DNA of 64,000 nt from Octopus sinensis. Lineage: Eukaryota. This document shows, piece by piece, positions 37,870 to 52,032 of the stretch (positions within the stretch are counted from its first letter, which is position 1; the number at the start of each line of letters is the position of its first letter). The position numbers and the translations under genes are program-made. Location of the stretch: positions 101,494,001-101,558,000 of the forward strand of contig NC_043001.1 in the NCBI RefSeq assembly GCF_006345805.1, read 5' to 3'. The notes beneath the pieces were generated by a model that saw only the letters and a list, made by a program, of their open reading frames with translations, did no database searches and was not told where the DNA came from.

Positions 37870-38500
37870 ATTTAACTCAGTCATTTGACTGTGGCCATGC
37901 TGGAGTACCACCTTTAGTTGAACAAATTGACCCCTAGGACTTATTCTTTGTAAGCCTAGTATTTATTCTATCAGTCTCTTTTGCCAAACTGCCTAGTTAT
38001 GGGGATGTAAAGATACCAACATTGGTTGTTAAGTGATGGGGGTTAGGGTTATATATACGATGGGCTTCTTTCAGTTTCCATCTACCAAATCCACTCACAA
38101 GGCTTTGGTCAACCTGAGGCTATAGTAGAAGACATTTGCCCAAGGTGCCACGCAGTGGGACTGAACCTAGAACCATGTGGCTGGTAAGCAAGCTACTTAC
38201 CACACAACCACTCCTGCACCTATGCTTAAAGAGTTTTGAAAGTTGAAGCAAAATTCTTATCAAGTGTTTTATATTTTACTTGTTTCAGTCATTAGACTGC
38301 AGCCATCCTGGGGCACCACCTTGAAGATTGTTTTTTGTTGAATGAATTGATCCCAGAACTTATTTTTTAAAGCCTGGTTCTAATTCAGTTGGAGACTATA
38401 GTAGAAGAGACTTGCCCAAGGTGCCACACTGTGGAACTGAACCCAGAACCATGTTGATTGGGATGTAAACTTCTTACCACACAGCCATGCTTGCACCTAG
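37870..38500 (-). mobile_element. Two consecutive SINE family A copies (~37870-38222 and a deleted one at ~38275-38500)
   Basis: Each has cagtcatt(t/a)gactg and cttgcccaaggtgccac-type segments. Confidence 0.8.
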
Positions 38501-39099
38501 TGTTGGCCTTTTCACCAAGTTGCAAAGGTCTGTTCTAAATGGTACCATTCTTTGTTTGCTTGAGGATGTTTTTGTTGTTGTCAATCCAACTTTGTTATCT
38601 CCATGACTTCCAGGTCTGCCATTGTCAAAAGAACATGCATGCCATCGCATTCATTTTATAAAATCTTCTGATTTCATGATTAGACATTTTAGGAGAATTT
38701 TTTTTTCTACATGGAATGGAAAGACATTTTGTAGAAAAATTCAATTGTTTGCCCCCACCCACGCACAAACCTCTGTTCACAGCGTTCTACTATATCAAGG
38801 AATGATTACAAATATACAAGCATACACACATGTTCATGTGTGTATGTCTCTCTATATATGTACACACACACACACACAGACTTAGATATATATACACACT
38901 TAGCTATATATACACATATATATATGTACACATAAATCAATATATATGTGTGTATATATATATGTATATATATGTATGTATATATGTATATGTATACATG
39001 TATGTATATGATATATATGTATATATATATACACGCATGGAAAAGGGACATTAAAGAATGATGATGATGATGATGATGATGATATATACATACACACAC

Positions 39100-39146
<47 letters not shown>

Positions 39147-39469
39147 AATATATATATTGATTTATGTATACACAGATATAAGTTTGAGTGCGTGTGTATT
39201 TGTACGCACAGGTGTAGAAACAAGTATATTTCTGCTTGTGTATATAGATTGATTACAGGTATGTTTATATCAACAAGTGTATGAGATGTTAGAATAATTG
39301 TGGGAGGAAAAAACAAAATAAGAAAACCACCAAAACAGAAGCAAGAACAAAACTTGGCCATAAATTCTTTCAGTGTAAAAGACTCATTTTTGCTAATCAA
39401 ATAAACATCTATTTTACCTGAAAGAGGAATGGAAAGGAAAAAGTACATGTTGAGTTAAAAAAAGAGAAG

Positions 39470-39559
39470 GAGAAAAAGAAAGAGGAATAATGGTGGGGCG
39501 GGAGAAAGAGGAGAGAAGAAGAAGAAGAAGAAGAAGAAAGAAGAAGAAGAAGAAGAAAG

Positions 39560-39592
<33 letters not shown>

Positions 39593-39840
39593 AGGAGGGA
39601 GGAGGAGGAGGAGGAGGAGAATAAGGAATAACAAGTAAAGAAGGAGGAGAAAACGGAAGAGGAGGGGGAACAGAGAAGGAAGATGGGAGGTGGAAGAAGG
39701 GAGGAGGATGAGAGGAGGAATGGAAAAGGAAGAGGAAAGGGGAAGAAGGAGAAGAAGAAGAAGAAGAAGAAGAGACAGAGGAAGGAGGAGGAAAGGAGAA
39801 ATAAGGGAAAGGGGAAGAAGAAAGAGAAGAAAAAAAGAAC
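39470..39840 (+). repeat. (GAA)n/(GGA)n polypurine tract
   Basis: Visible directly. A similar tract lies at 48210-48430. Confidence 0.9.
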
Positions 39841-40217
39841 AACAACAAGATGGTGATGCCGGTGGTGGTGCTGTTGGACAGCAAGGATAATGGTGATGGT
39901 GATGGTGATGCTTAAGCGCTGTGTGACAGTGGGTGGTGGTGGTCGTGGTTGGAACCGTATTGCAAGGGTGGTATTACAGATTAGATAGTACAAGGGTTCC
40001 ATTGTGATATTTGGCAGACTGACAAAACCCAGCTGTTGATCATCATGTGATAATAAATTCCTCATAATAGTCCAAGTATTATTGGTGATGGATGGCATGG
40101 TTAGGTGGGCGGGAGGCGAGAGATTCTATGTTCATTGTTTGTATATTTTTTATTATGTTCTTTTTATTTTCTGTGTGTGTCTGTGTCTGTGTCTTTATGT
40201 GTTTGGGTACATCAATG

Positions 40218-40252
<35 letters not shown>

Positions 40253-40504
40253 TACTGTAACTATGTGTGAACTTTTGTATTGATGTGTGATTGTCTTTTC
40301 TTTGTCAGTGTGGATGTGAATAAATGTATCAGTAGGTGTGTCTATGTGTGTGCTTATGTGTGTCTATGTGTGCGTGTGTGTGTGCTTGTCTCTCTCTCTC
40401 TCTCTCTCCTTTCTACTGTGACTGTTGACATTGTGTTTTTATTTATTCCCAAAATTGTTTTTCTCTTTGTTACAATATTCTTGAATTAGTGGTGACTGGC
40501 TTCT

Positions 40505-40530
40505 GTAGCAGCAGCAGCAGCAGCAGTAGC

Positions 40531-40584
<54 letters not shown>

Positions 40585-40600
40585 GGTGGTGGTGGTGGTG

Positions 40601-40671
<71 letters not shown>

Positions 40672-40780
40672 GGTGGTGGTGGTGTGGGGTGTGGTGGAGT
40701 AGTAGTTAGTAGTAGTAGTAGTAGTAGTAGTATAGTAGTAGTAGTAGTGCGGCGGGGGTGGTGGTGGTGGTGGTGGTGGT
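40505..40780. repeat. Block compound microsatellite (AGC)n(AGT)n(GGT)n(AGT)n(GGT)n
   Basis: Visible directly. Confidence 0.95.
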
Positions 40781-41465
40781 GATGCTTGTATTGGTCAGTA
40801 TGGAAAAAAAAACCTGTGGGCAGTTTTACAAATGTAGACAGTAACCATAGTGGTGGTGGTGGTGGTGGTGGTTTGAGCATTTTTGTTTGTTGCTGTTGGA
40901 ATTGTTGCATTTGTTATAGTTACTGGGGTGGTTGGTAGTGATGGGTGTGGAAGCGTTGATGATGGTGGTGGCGGTAATGGTGGTGGTGGTGGTGGTGGTG
41001 GTGGTGGTGGTGGTGGTGGAGATCGTTGTCTGTGGTTCTTTTGCAGTGATTGATGTCCCACCTGAAAGATTAGAAAGCTTGCAAGACCACCAAAGATAAC
41101 CTATTAGGAAACAGAAAATAAAAAGAAAGAAAAAAATGGGACAAGAGGAGCTCAGTTTGCAGTGAGGTTACCATTTTTTAGCTGAAGGAAACAGGGTTGA
41201 GAGAATCACTGAGGACGATGGCATTTAGTTCCATATTTACGCTGATGATGGGAACGCAGTTGTTATTCTTGTAATGAGAGTGTTTACTATATTGATGGGT
41301 TCAAGACAAGAATGGAACAGAGAAAGATCAAGCGCCAAGTAATATACAATATGTGTGTCTCTGCGTGTGTGTGTGTGTGTGTGTATGTGTGTGTGTTTGT
41401 GTGTGTGTGCACAAACACAATAACATTTAATCTAAGATATAGCAACACAAATACACGTGTGTATG

Positions 41466-41875
41466 TGGCTGTGTGGTAAGTAGCTTGTTTACCAACCACA
41501 TGGTTCTGGGTTCAGTCCCACTGGTGGCACCTTGGGCAAGTGTCTTCTACTATAGCCTCGGGCCGACCAAAGCCTTGTGAGTGGATTTGGTAGACGGAAA
41601 CTGAAAGAAGCCCGTCGTATATATGTATATATATATATATGTATATGTGTGTGTGCGTGTATGTTTGTGTTTGTCCCCCTAGCATTGCTTGACAACCGAT
41701 GCTGGTGTGTTTATGTCCCCGTCACTTAGCGCTTCAGCAAAAGAGACCGATAGAATAAGTACTGGGCTTACAAAGAATAAGTCCCGGGGTCGAGTTGCTC
41801 GATTAAAGGTGGTGCTCCAGCATGGCCGCAGTCAAATGACTGAAACAAGTAAAAGAGAGAGTAAAGAGTAAGAGT
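41466..41875 (+). mobile_element. Young SINE family A copy
   Basis: Near-identical to 18185-18627 and 53821-54240. Confidence 0.9.
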
Positions 41876-42593
41876 GTATATATACATATGTTTATACAAC
41901 AGGCCTCTTTCAGTTTCTGTTCAGCAAATCCACTGAGAAAGTTTGGGTTAGTCCGGGATCATGCTAGATTGAACCCCAAACCCCATGGACAGGGAAACAA
42001 GATTTTTAACCATACAGCCATGTCTGTGGTGTATACACACACACACAAACTTGTTTATACAAGTGCTTGTATACATACATACTCACACAAATATATGTAT
42101 GCATATGTATATGTATTTATATATTTATATGTATATATATATATATGTATGAATATGTATGTATATATATGTTTATATATATGTGTGGTTTGTGTGTGTG
42201 TGTAGTTTATAGATGACAGGCAGGCAGATATTCTCCGTATAGAATACACTTGGTAGTGCTCAAGAGATTTAAACTTGAGCAGGCAGTGGAGGAAATGTAT
42301 GGATGAGCAAGTTAGGCAAGTTGATATACAAAAAATGCATTTAATACCAAAAGTGTATATATGCTTACATATAAAAAAAAGTCTGACATACACAGAATAG
42401 AAATGATATCAGGAATTAAAGGGGTTGAGTAGGAGTTTAACGAGTCCAACAGCTGTTTCTGGGGGGTTGGTGGTCCCAAATAATGACTGTAAATTGATCC
42501 CATCATCGGATAATACCAGCCTCTGTCTTCGAGGGAGAATTTTACATTTGAGGTGTTGACACAAATGAGATTAAAAACGGAATATATATATTA

Positions 42594-42733
42594 CTCTTTT
42601 ACTCTTTTACTCTTTTACTTGTTTCAGTCATTTGACTGCGGCCATGCTGGAGCACCGCCTTTAGTCGAGCAAATCGACCCCGGGACTGAACCCGGAACCA
42701 TGTGGTTGGTTAGCGAGCTACTTACCACACAGC
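42594..42733 (-). mobile_element. Internally deleted SINE family A copy
   Basis: The 3' part (gagcaaatcgaccccgggact) is fused directly to the head (gggactgaacccggaacc). Confidence 0.88.
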
Positions 42734-43387
42734 AAGCACTCACACTCACATACACACACACACACATATATACATATAATTATACACATACATAAGTACA
42801 CACACATATATCTGTATATTGCTCTGACTACATGACAATGGGGAACCTGTTGCTGTGCACTGCGAACCTTAAATCACTGGTATAAATTTTTAGAAAATAG
42901 ATAAGGGACATGATTATTAAAATTAAGTGACATCATAGGGGTCAATTAATGCTAAAAATTTGCAAGATGGCAGAGATAGGATTGTTTCAATTGAGAGTAA
43001 TCATGATAAAGACCATTATTAAATTTAGTTACAGAAAAAAATACAATTTATTTTTAAAAATGAACTTTTAAAAACAGATAAGTGGATTATTTCCAGGAGA
43101 TTAGCGAACTGTTGTTAAAATTTGTTGGTTTCATAAAACTCTGAAGACAATTCTTCAAATATCAGACAAAATTTTAAAATAGCAACAAAATTGTCATCTA
43201 GCTAAAATAGTAACAAACAATTCATAATTATTGAAATTCTTCTGAAAATTACATGCCAAGAAGATCCAGCATAATGGGATGGAAAACCCTCTCTTTGTTC
43301 AAATCATACAATAGCAATAGAAACCATGCATCTTGTGAAGTACTGAGGGCTATAAAATCTTGTCTCTCAAAAACTTCACTTCATTAA

Positions 43388-43610
43388 CCCATTAAGTCCC
43401 ACTGTCCTATAAAGAGGACACTAAATGAGAACATTGAATAAGCTATATCACATTGTCTCAGTGTCCTATTTATAGGACACCGAGTATTTCCATTTCTACT
43501 TGAAGTAAAAGAGTTTTAACAATTATTTTTATCATTTTAACCTATTTTCAATCACCTGTAAAAATTTAAAGGTAATATTCAGAAATTTAAGTACTCTGGG
43601 ACTTAATGGG
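43388..43610. mobile_element. piggyBac-type MITE (223 bp)
   Basis: TTAA at 43384-43387 and 43611-43614; perfect 14-bp TIRs cccattaagtccca/tgggacttaatggg; internal palindromes tgtcctataaagaggaca and gtgtcctatttataggacac. Confidence 0.9.
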
Positions 43611-45039
43611 TTAAAAAGACTTTGAACTTGTATTTTATTATCCACTCAGAACATTTAAAAATTATCAATTGATGAAATCTTCTAGATGCAGGCATGCCTA
43701 CATGGTAAGAAGCTTGCTTTCTTACTATAGAATTTTGGGTTAAATTCCACTGTCTCACACCTTGAGTGTTTTCTGCTGTAGTTCCCATAGACAAATCAGA
43801 AAGAAATCTATCATTCATGTGTGTGTGTGTGTGAGAGAGAGATTGTTTATCTCTCTTTGTCTTGAACTCTCATGGTTGTTGTAAATGAGTGTAACTACAA
43901 CTCAAGGTGTCTAATTCGTTTCCAATATTCTGTGAAAGAACGTCTAGGAAATATTACCTCCCTTGGAAAAAAGTGAGGATTGGTGACAGGAAGAGCACCT
44001 TCTCTAAGAAAATCCATCTCAGTAAACTCCTTCTGACTGATGCCAGCATGGAAAAGCAGACATTAAAATGATGACAATGACAATTCTAATATTTAAATAA
44101 TCATACACAAAATTTTACTTTCCATCCTGAAGAAGAGTCAAATGTTTTTTATATAAACCCTCAACACAACTTAGATATTTACTTTAACAACAATCCATTC
44201 TCCCAATACTTTCAAACACAACATATTGTTTTCTATCCTAATAACTTGAAACTCTTCTAAATCCTTAAAAGTTTACATTATTTCCCTCCCACTCATTCAT
44301 ATACATACATTGTGGATATATATATATAGGGAGAGTTTACGAAAAAACAAAAGATGAAATCAGGTGGTGTACAAAACAAACAGATGTATGTATGTATGTA
44401 TGTATATATATATATATATATATATACATACATATATACATATATATACATGTGCATATATATTTATGATCGTATATATAGTTTGTGTGTGGAGCATCTG
44501 CTCATGTCTATACACACATACATAGCTACACACATGCATATCTATATTTTCATACATACACTCATTCATACATGCACCTGCAAACACACACACACACATA
44601 CATACACATACACACACATACACTTACTCACTGGCAAGTGATTTCTCCCTGGTGGAGAAAACAATCAACTGAAGAAAGCTTCCAATAATGGTAGGCTTAC
44701 GATGGAATAATATTTATCCAAAGCTGAATCTACATGATTTGCTACTCAGAGTTTGTCATTCCTGGAAGGAAATGTGTGTGTGTATGTGTGTGTGAGTGCG
44801 TGTGTGTGCATGTGTGTGTGTGTGTGTGTGTGTGTGCCTTTGTCGACTGACTGACAACAAACCTTAATTTTTGTTTACTGTTGAAAAGATTAGTGCAATA
44901 GACGAACCTTCTGTCTGTATAAACAATTCCTCACAACTACATACTTCAATGAAGCAGCTAAATCGCCCTCAGTCAATACTCCATCACCCACCCACCCACT
45001 CACTCTTATATCCTACTCTCTTAACTTATACCCTTTGTG

Positions 45040-45700
45040 TGATTGTGCAGACACATACTAAAACACATATGGCCTTCCATTGCATACATTGTCTATCCAG
45101 GACTTAACAATTATTTCCAGGACCTCAATGTAGGTGGCAGAGTTAACTGTAAGGCTTTGTGGAAAGAAGTAAGGTGGCATCACATGTCCTTCATTGCTAA
45201 AAACCCCTAAAACCATGACAGTTGCCCAACATTTTGTATGCATAACTTGGAACTGCAGAAAGGTCTGCATATAACAATCTGTCATTTATTCTGATAACTT
45301 GATCCAGCAGGATTTTTCAGTTTAAGAGCCTTTTAGATCTGATGTAATGATTCTCTTTTGCTTTTTCTGACATAAATTGACCTTTCCTCATCATATAACA
45401 CTTATATCTGATGCCTTCATGCACAACATTTCTGATTGTTCTTTCTGACACATGGGGATCTTTTGCAATTGACCTCAGGGACTTTCTGGGATTGTAATCA
45501 ATGATCTGTTGACCTTGCTGGATAAATTCAGGTGTTTTGATAATTTCAGGGCATTTGGAATGCTTTTTTATGCTTTGATATTGGTGATATGTTTTTATCT
45601 CCAGATTTTTACTCCTTACAAACTTTGTAGACAAAAGATCAGGCAACTTTTAAAAAATCTTACCCCACATATAAAGAAGGACACCACTTTTCTCTTTTTT
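45040..45700 (-). pseudogene. Tc1/mariner (DD37D/maT-like) transposase fragment
   Basis: IIDYNPRKSLRSIAKDPHVSERTIRNVVHEGIRYK (HTH), and TVMVLGVFSNEGHVMPPYFF...YIEVLE...PWI-like SWIDNVCNGRPYVF. It has stops and is truncated, and TIRs were not located. Confidence 0.85.
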
Positions 45701-46139
45701 TAACTTCCACCAGATATGTCTCTGCTAAAGTCACAACAATACGTGGTGGGTATAAAATGGGTAATAAATTAAGTCCACCAACTAAATTTGGTCAATGTAG
45801 AAATGCAAAGAGGCATGATGGTCAAGTGTGGAATGTCCTGGGACTAAAGAATATTCACAATCTTCATTAAGACAGCAAGAGATAAAGCTGTATAAAAACC
45901 GATCAAGAAATATTGATTATTATTAAACTTTTAGGAAATAATAAAAACGGTGATCTGGTTCTGGAAATCTGCCCTGAAATTTGTCTCAGAAGATGAAACT
46001 AAATTGTGCAGAAAGGATTAACTCCTCCAGGGAGTGAAGGTTTTAGCTCTCCCAGTTGGTTCTTGTCTCTTTATGATGTAAAATACTTTATTATTCATAG
46101 ATTTTATACACTGTGTAGACAGGTAGGTGGGTAGGTGGG

Positions 46140-46299
46140 TAGTTATGTATGTATGTATGTATGTATGTATGTATGTATGTAGGTAGGTAGGTTAGTAGGT
46201 AGGTATAGATGTAGGTAGGTGGGTAGGTTAGTAGGTAGGTAGGTAGATAGATAAACAGATAGATAAATAGACAGATAGATAGATGGGTGATAGGTAGGC

Positions 46300-46335
<36 letters not shown>

Positions 46336-46427
46336 GGACAGACGGACAGACGTACAGATGGACAGACGGATGGACAGACAGACAGACAGGCAGGGAGGCA
46401 AGCGGGTAGACAGACATACTGACAGAC

Positions 46428-46520
<93 letters not shown>
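46140..46520. repeat. Tetranucleotide microsatellite series (TATG)(TAGG)(GACA)(GATA)n
   Basis: Visible directly. Confidence 0.95.
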
Positions 46521-47146
46521 TTTAGTGGGCGAGAGAGAGAGAGGGAGAGAGACCAAAGTATGATAAGTGATAAGGAAATGGAAAATCAGTTCCATCATAG
46601 CTTTTCTGGCCAGAAACACACAATTCTTCAGCTAAAAGCCATGACGAGTAAAAGATTTCCAGAGAAAAATAAAGAAACAGGGCAGTAGCAGCAGGTCTGA
46701 CCAGTTCTTAGACCCCCAGCATCTGTGGACGGAGCAGACTTGGAGGAATAAGCTTTCACTGGACGACTGTGACATATTTCTGCTTTCTGTTTCTTTTTCA
46801 CTTGCTCCAGTCATTAGAGTGGCCATGCTGGGGCACCACCTTGAAAGAGTTTTAACTGACTGAATTGACTTATTTTGCTTTCTTTAAGCCTGGAACCCAT
46901 TTTATTGGTCTCTTTTGCTGAACTGCTAAGTTATGTGCCTGGAAATATCAACACTGGTTGCCATGTGGTAGTAAGGGACAAACACAAACACACACACACT
47001 AACACACACATACACACACATCACATAAACACACACACACACACAATCACACACAAACACACACACACACAAACACACACACGCATACACGCACATGCAC
47101 ATATACTCAAACATATGTATATATATGTATAGCTTGTGTGTATATA

Positions 47147-47209
<63 letters not shown>

Positions 47210-47883
47210 CATATATATATTAATACAATATATATGTATATATATATATATGTATATATATATATGTGTGTGTGTGTGGTATACAATGGGATTCTTTCAG
47301 TTTCCTTCTACTAAATCCACTCACAAAGCTTTAGTCAACCCGACACTATAGTAGAGCACACTTGCCCAAGGTGCCCCACAATGGAACTGAAGCCAGAACC
47401 AAGCTTCTTACAACACGGCCACAAAGAAGATCGGGAGGATGCAGCACGGCCAATATTTCCTTTCCGAAGTTGCAGGAGTTTCGTTTCTAGAAAACTTGGT
47501 CACTTTTTCCAGCAGGCTGAGTGACCACATAGAGACTCACTTCAGTGATTCAATCACCCATTAACAGATACATGTGGTCAGCAGAGGTCAGCAAAAGCAT
47601 GAGATAAATGAATATTCAATCATGAAGACATGAACAAATTGAGGGTGGAGGAGGAGGAGGAGGAGGAGGACGGGGGGTGGGGGTGGGGGAAACAATTGGA
47701 TGGGGGTGCGGTTGCTCGGCTGTGATGGATGAGCAGCAGCTAGTTGGATAGATAAATAGGAGATGAAATAAGATTGATAGATTTTGGTAGGAGTTACACA
47801 CATACCCTCATATATATATATCGATATAGTTATAGATACACAGAGAAACATATTAATATATATCCATATCTATGTCTATCTAT

Positions 47884-47928
<45 letters not shown>

Positions 47929-48113
47929 ATGTATATACATATAATAAATACATATATGCATTTGTATCTAAATACATACCATATATATATATATATATGT
48001 ATATATATACATATATATACATATGATATATATACATTTTTATATATCATTTTTATATATATATTTTTATATACATAGCTATATATATATAATATATATA
48101 TTATATATATATG

Positions 48114-48153
<40 letters not shown>

Positions 48154-48470
48154 AGAATAGAAATACACGCATACATAATACATACATGTACACACACAAA
48201 CACACACACAAGAAGAAGAAGAAGAGGAAGAGGACGAAGAAGAAGAAGAAGAAGAAGAAGAAGAAGAAGAAAAAGAAGAAGAAGAAGAAAAGGAAGAAGA
48301 AGAAGAAGAAGAAGAGAAAAGGAAGAAGAAGAAGAAGAAGAAGAAGAAGAAAAGGAAGAAGAAGAAGAAAAGGAAGAAGAAGAAGAAGAAGAAGAAGAAA
48401 AGGAAGAAGAAGAAGAAGAGGAAGAAGAAAATTGGGGCGATGGAGACTGAAAACTTGTAAAATAGGGAGA

Positions 48471-48511
<41 letters not shown>

Positions 48512-49109
48512 GGTTGGGGGGTGAGCGGTATATAGAGAGGCAGAGGCAGAGACAGCTTGCTGTTCACAGTAACGAGTGAAGCAAGTGGAGTGAGGCCTGG
48601 AAAAGCCGTCGTTGCTAAAGCTCCTTGATGAATCATCTTATAATTGTATCATAGATCTTCATTTGTAGCAAAAGGAAACTATGCATCTCTTCAATTTAGA
48701 TTTAAAAAGCAAAAAGATAACGAAACAATAGTCATTTTCGATGCAGTGATACAATTTATCGTTGAATGTAGTGCCATCATTAAAACACAGTTATATTTAT
48801 GAGTGAAATCTGCAGCAGGGTTTCATTTGAATGCAAATCCTACCCATTCATAGTAGCCTTAACTAAATAAAAATGACATCAGAATAACAGAATAATACAA
48901 TAACAGAATAACAGAATAATACAATAAAAACAGCTGAAACAACGGAAAGAAAACGGGGAAAGTAAATGAAACAATTATTGAACTCATAGAATATATAATA
49001 CAGTCAAATATGGACACACCCACACACACACACATATACACTCACACATGCACATACATGCATTGTATACATTCACATATATATACACACACACACATAT
49101 ATATACACG

Positions 49110-49149
<40 letters not shown>

Positions 49150-50384
49150 AACATGCTCTAACATAGTTGCATTTACATATGTAAAGTCTCACACAAACAC
49201 ACATTTGCATATACACACATGTGTACATATACACCCCTATTCATACATGTATGTATATATGCATGTGTGTGCGTGTGTATTATATATATATTACATATAT
49301 ACATATATATGTATGTATGTATATATATATATGTATATGTATACCTATATATATTTGTATGCTTGTATGCATGTATAAATGAATGTGTGTATAAATGTGT
49401 TTGTGTATGTCTGCATGCATGCATGTATATATGAATTGTGTGTGTGTGTGTGGTGTGTGTGTGTGTGTGTGGTGTGTGTATGTATCTGTGATTAAAGACA
49501 TACTGCCATCCTCATCGTCAAAATGCTAGCAGAACGGTGAATGTGGAATGGTGCATATGTTTATGAAGAAACGGCATTCAGAGGTAGCAGCATGAATTAG
49601 TAAGACAGGTGAGTGTATATATGAGAATGCATGCAAATAAATATTCTGTTAATCACACATTTATTTACACTCACCTAGCCACCCCCTCTCTCTCTCTCTA
49701 CATACATATTTGTTTTTGTTTTTTGTTTTTTTTTGTTGTTTCACACCATAGAAATGAACGTCTACCCATAAAACCACTTCTACTCACACATGCACACACA
49801 TGTGTGTGTGTCCATGCTCATACACAACCTTACAGGCAGATACATAAACGCACAAAGCATCTCTGACCACACATACAGTTTGTAATACCACATCATACAA
49901 CTGCTTCCAAACATCCTTCTTCAGAAATATACACATTCACACACACACACACATACACACATGCACAAATATTCACACACATGCACACACATGCACATTA
50001 TACATGTGTGTATATATACATTCATACATATGTACATATACATACGCACACATGTACATTATATATGTGTGTGTGTATATACATACAGGCAAACATACAT
50101 ATAATACACACACACACACATGCACATTACATATGTGTGTGTGTATGTGTATATTTACATACATACATACATATACATATACACACACACATACACATGC
50201 ACATTATATACATGCGTGTATACATACATACATGCACACACACACACACACATACACACATGGGTATCCTCACACTCCCTGTTCTCTTTTAATGTTTGTT
50301 TTCTGTGCTGGTATGGGTTGGACTGGTTCATCTGTGTGTTGATGCGTAATCGTGTCTTTTGCATCTATGGTACCATGTGTTAAT

Positions 50385-50830
50385 AGAGGTGATATTGTCT
50401 AAGCAGGTGAAACTGGCTTTGATGTGTGATTCTTGGGAAAGGCCTTTTAATTAGTGCCAAGAACTACTAGCTACATTGTTGAAACGTTTCGGTTAGATGG
50501 AGGATTGAACCAGATTATCTCTCTCTTTCTGACTTGCTTACAGTTCAGTAATGGGATTGGAGTGTCCTCCATATGTGCTAAGTTTTCCATGAATCCATTC
50601 CTCACTAATGCCTTGTTATAATGGAGTGGGGGGGGGCTATTGAAGATCTCTCTATCTACTGATTGCTTAGAGATTCTTCCACTTATGCCTGTGACTAAGT
50701 TTCTAACTCCAGCTTGTAACTAGCTGGACTTCTGTGGATACATACAGTTACCACATTGGGCTTCTAGTATGAGGAGTACTTGCCTATTTTCAGGGCCAGG
50801 GTTATGTCCAGGAAGTTAACAGTTGACTTT
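50385..50830 (-). pseudogene. Penelope-like element RT C-terminus/linker fragment
   Basis: VNFLDITLAL..GKY..Y, ISGRISKQSVDREIFN, HYNKALVRNGF, RKREIIWFNPP..NVST...FPKNH. The 'IIWFNPP' linker pattern is typical of PLE proteins. Frameshifted. Confidence 0.8.
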
Positions 50831-51855
50831 TGTCAAATCGGTGTTGACTATATATAATATATATATATATATATTATATATATATATATATATCAGTGGC
50901 AACTCAGGCTTAGCCCAAGTATAAATTTAGTAAAATGAACATGTATTTGCAAGCTGATTTAATTTCTGCCAACACTGACTTCAAGTATGTAGTTGCAGCC
51001 AATAACTTGGGCTTCTTTTGAGCCTGGTTCCAGTTCATTTATTTTCATTCAGCACCTGACGATCGTCTTAGAGGTACCGTGTATCAAAAATATAATTCAT
51101 AACAGACATTCTCTCAACATTGTTCACATGCACCTGACTCAGGCTCAGAAGTTAAAACCCGAGTCGTTATCTATAATCGTAAAAATTAAAAGTAATTCAA
51201 ATTCAATGTTTTCTTGAAACAATAAATTTCTAAAGAGATTAGGATTTAAATTCCAATCTATGAAAACTTTCTGTTCTACAATATTCTTAAAGGAACGAAA
51301 AATTATCCCAGCAACTCAGGCAAATACGAACGAGCTTGGTAGGTGTAAGAGACTAACTGGCATCTCTTGTCAAGAGAACAGGTGACAGTCAGATTACCTA
51401 TGTTTGTTGGGCACTCTACTGTCGTTATTTGATTGCTGTTATTCTGTGAGTCTGTGTACAAAGATCAGTTGTATTTTGCAGGGTGGCTTTCTTTTTACCC
51501 TTAACTTAGAAATGGAGAAAGACATAGTGCCAGACATAAAACAAAAAACCATTTAGGGTTAGAAATATTGTGGCAAAATGTGAAATTCGTCAAGCAGGCA
51601 TGTGACTTATTCTAAATCTGTGTTGAGCTCAATTGACCAAATCTGTGATGAGCCCGAGTGACACTGATGATGCCTCTCATATATGTGTGATTGTGTGTGT
51701 GTGTGTGTGTGTGTGTATTTGTAGATATATATACACATATATATATACATATATAGTCAATCCAAACAAGAAGAAGCAAGAAAATTCAATAATGCAAGGA
51801 CATAATACAAGTATTGTGTTATTGGACACTCAGAAAAGGAAAGAAAAGAAAGAGG

Positions 51856-51890
51856 ATTTCACATTTCGAGCAGAGCTCTTCATCAGAAAT
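51856..51890 (-). ncRNA. Degenerate minimal hammerhead-like motif in a (TA)n-flanked ~190-bp module (~51755-51948)
   Basis: AUUU CUGAUGA A GAGC UCU GCUC GAAA U GU G AAAU. Helices I and II pair, but position 15.2 is U and position 17 is G, so it is probably inactive. Confidence 0.55.
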
Positions 51891-51999
51891 ATAGAAAAAA
51901 GTCCAAAGAAAAGAAGATGGAGAAAGAAAATCACCAACAAAACACACTCGATATATATACATACATACATATATATATATTATATATATACACACACAC

Positions 52000-52032
<33 letters not shown>

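Noticed and set aside
41047-41103. Possible micro-exons: plus tttgcag|..IDVPPERLESLQDHQR*, or minus VIFGGLASFLIFQ between AG and GT
   Set aside because: Mutually exclusive readings on opposite strands, no homology recognised, and no partner exons.
46650-46790. Open frame ...SDQFLDPQHLWTEQTWRNKLSLDDCDIF
   Set aside because: Weak acceptor, no donor and no recognisable family; it runs into a SINE.
49500-49613. Perfect donor CAG|GTGAGT at ~49605-49613
   Set aside because: All three upstream frames have stops within ~40 nt. It could be a non-coding exon, but nothing else supports it.
51640-51670. C/D box-like GUGAUGA...CUGA
   Set aside because: Only ~12 nt lie between the boxes and there is no terminal stem, which is too short for a snoRNA.
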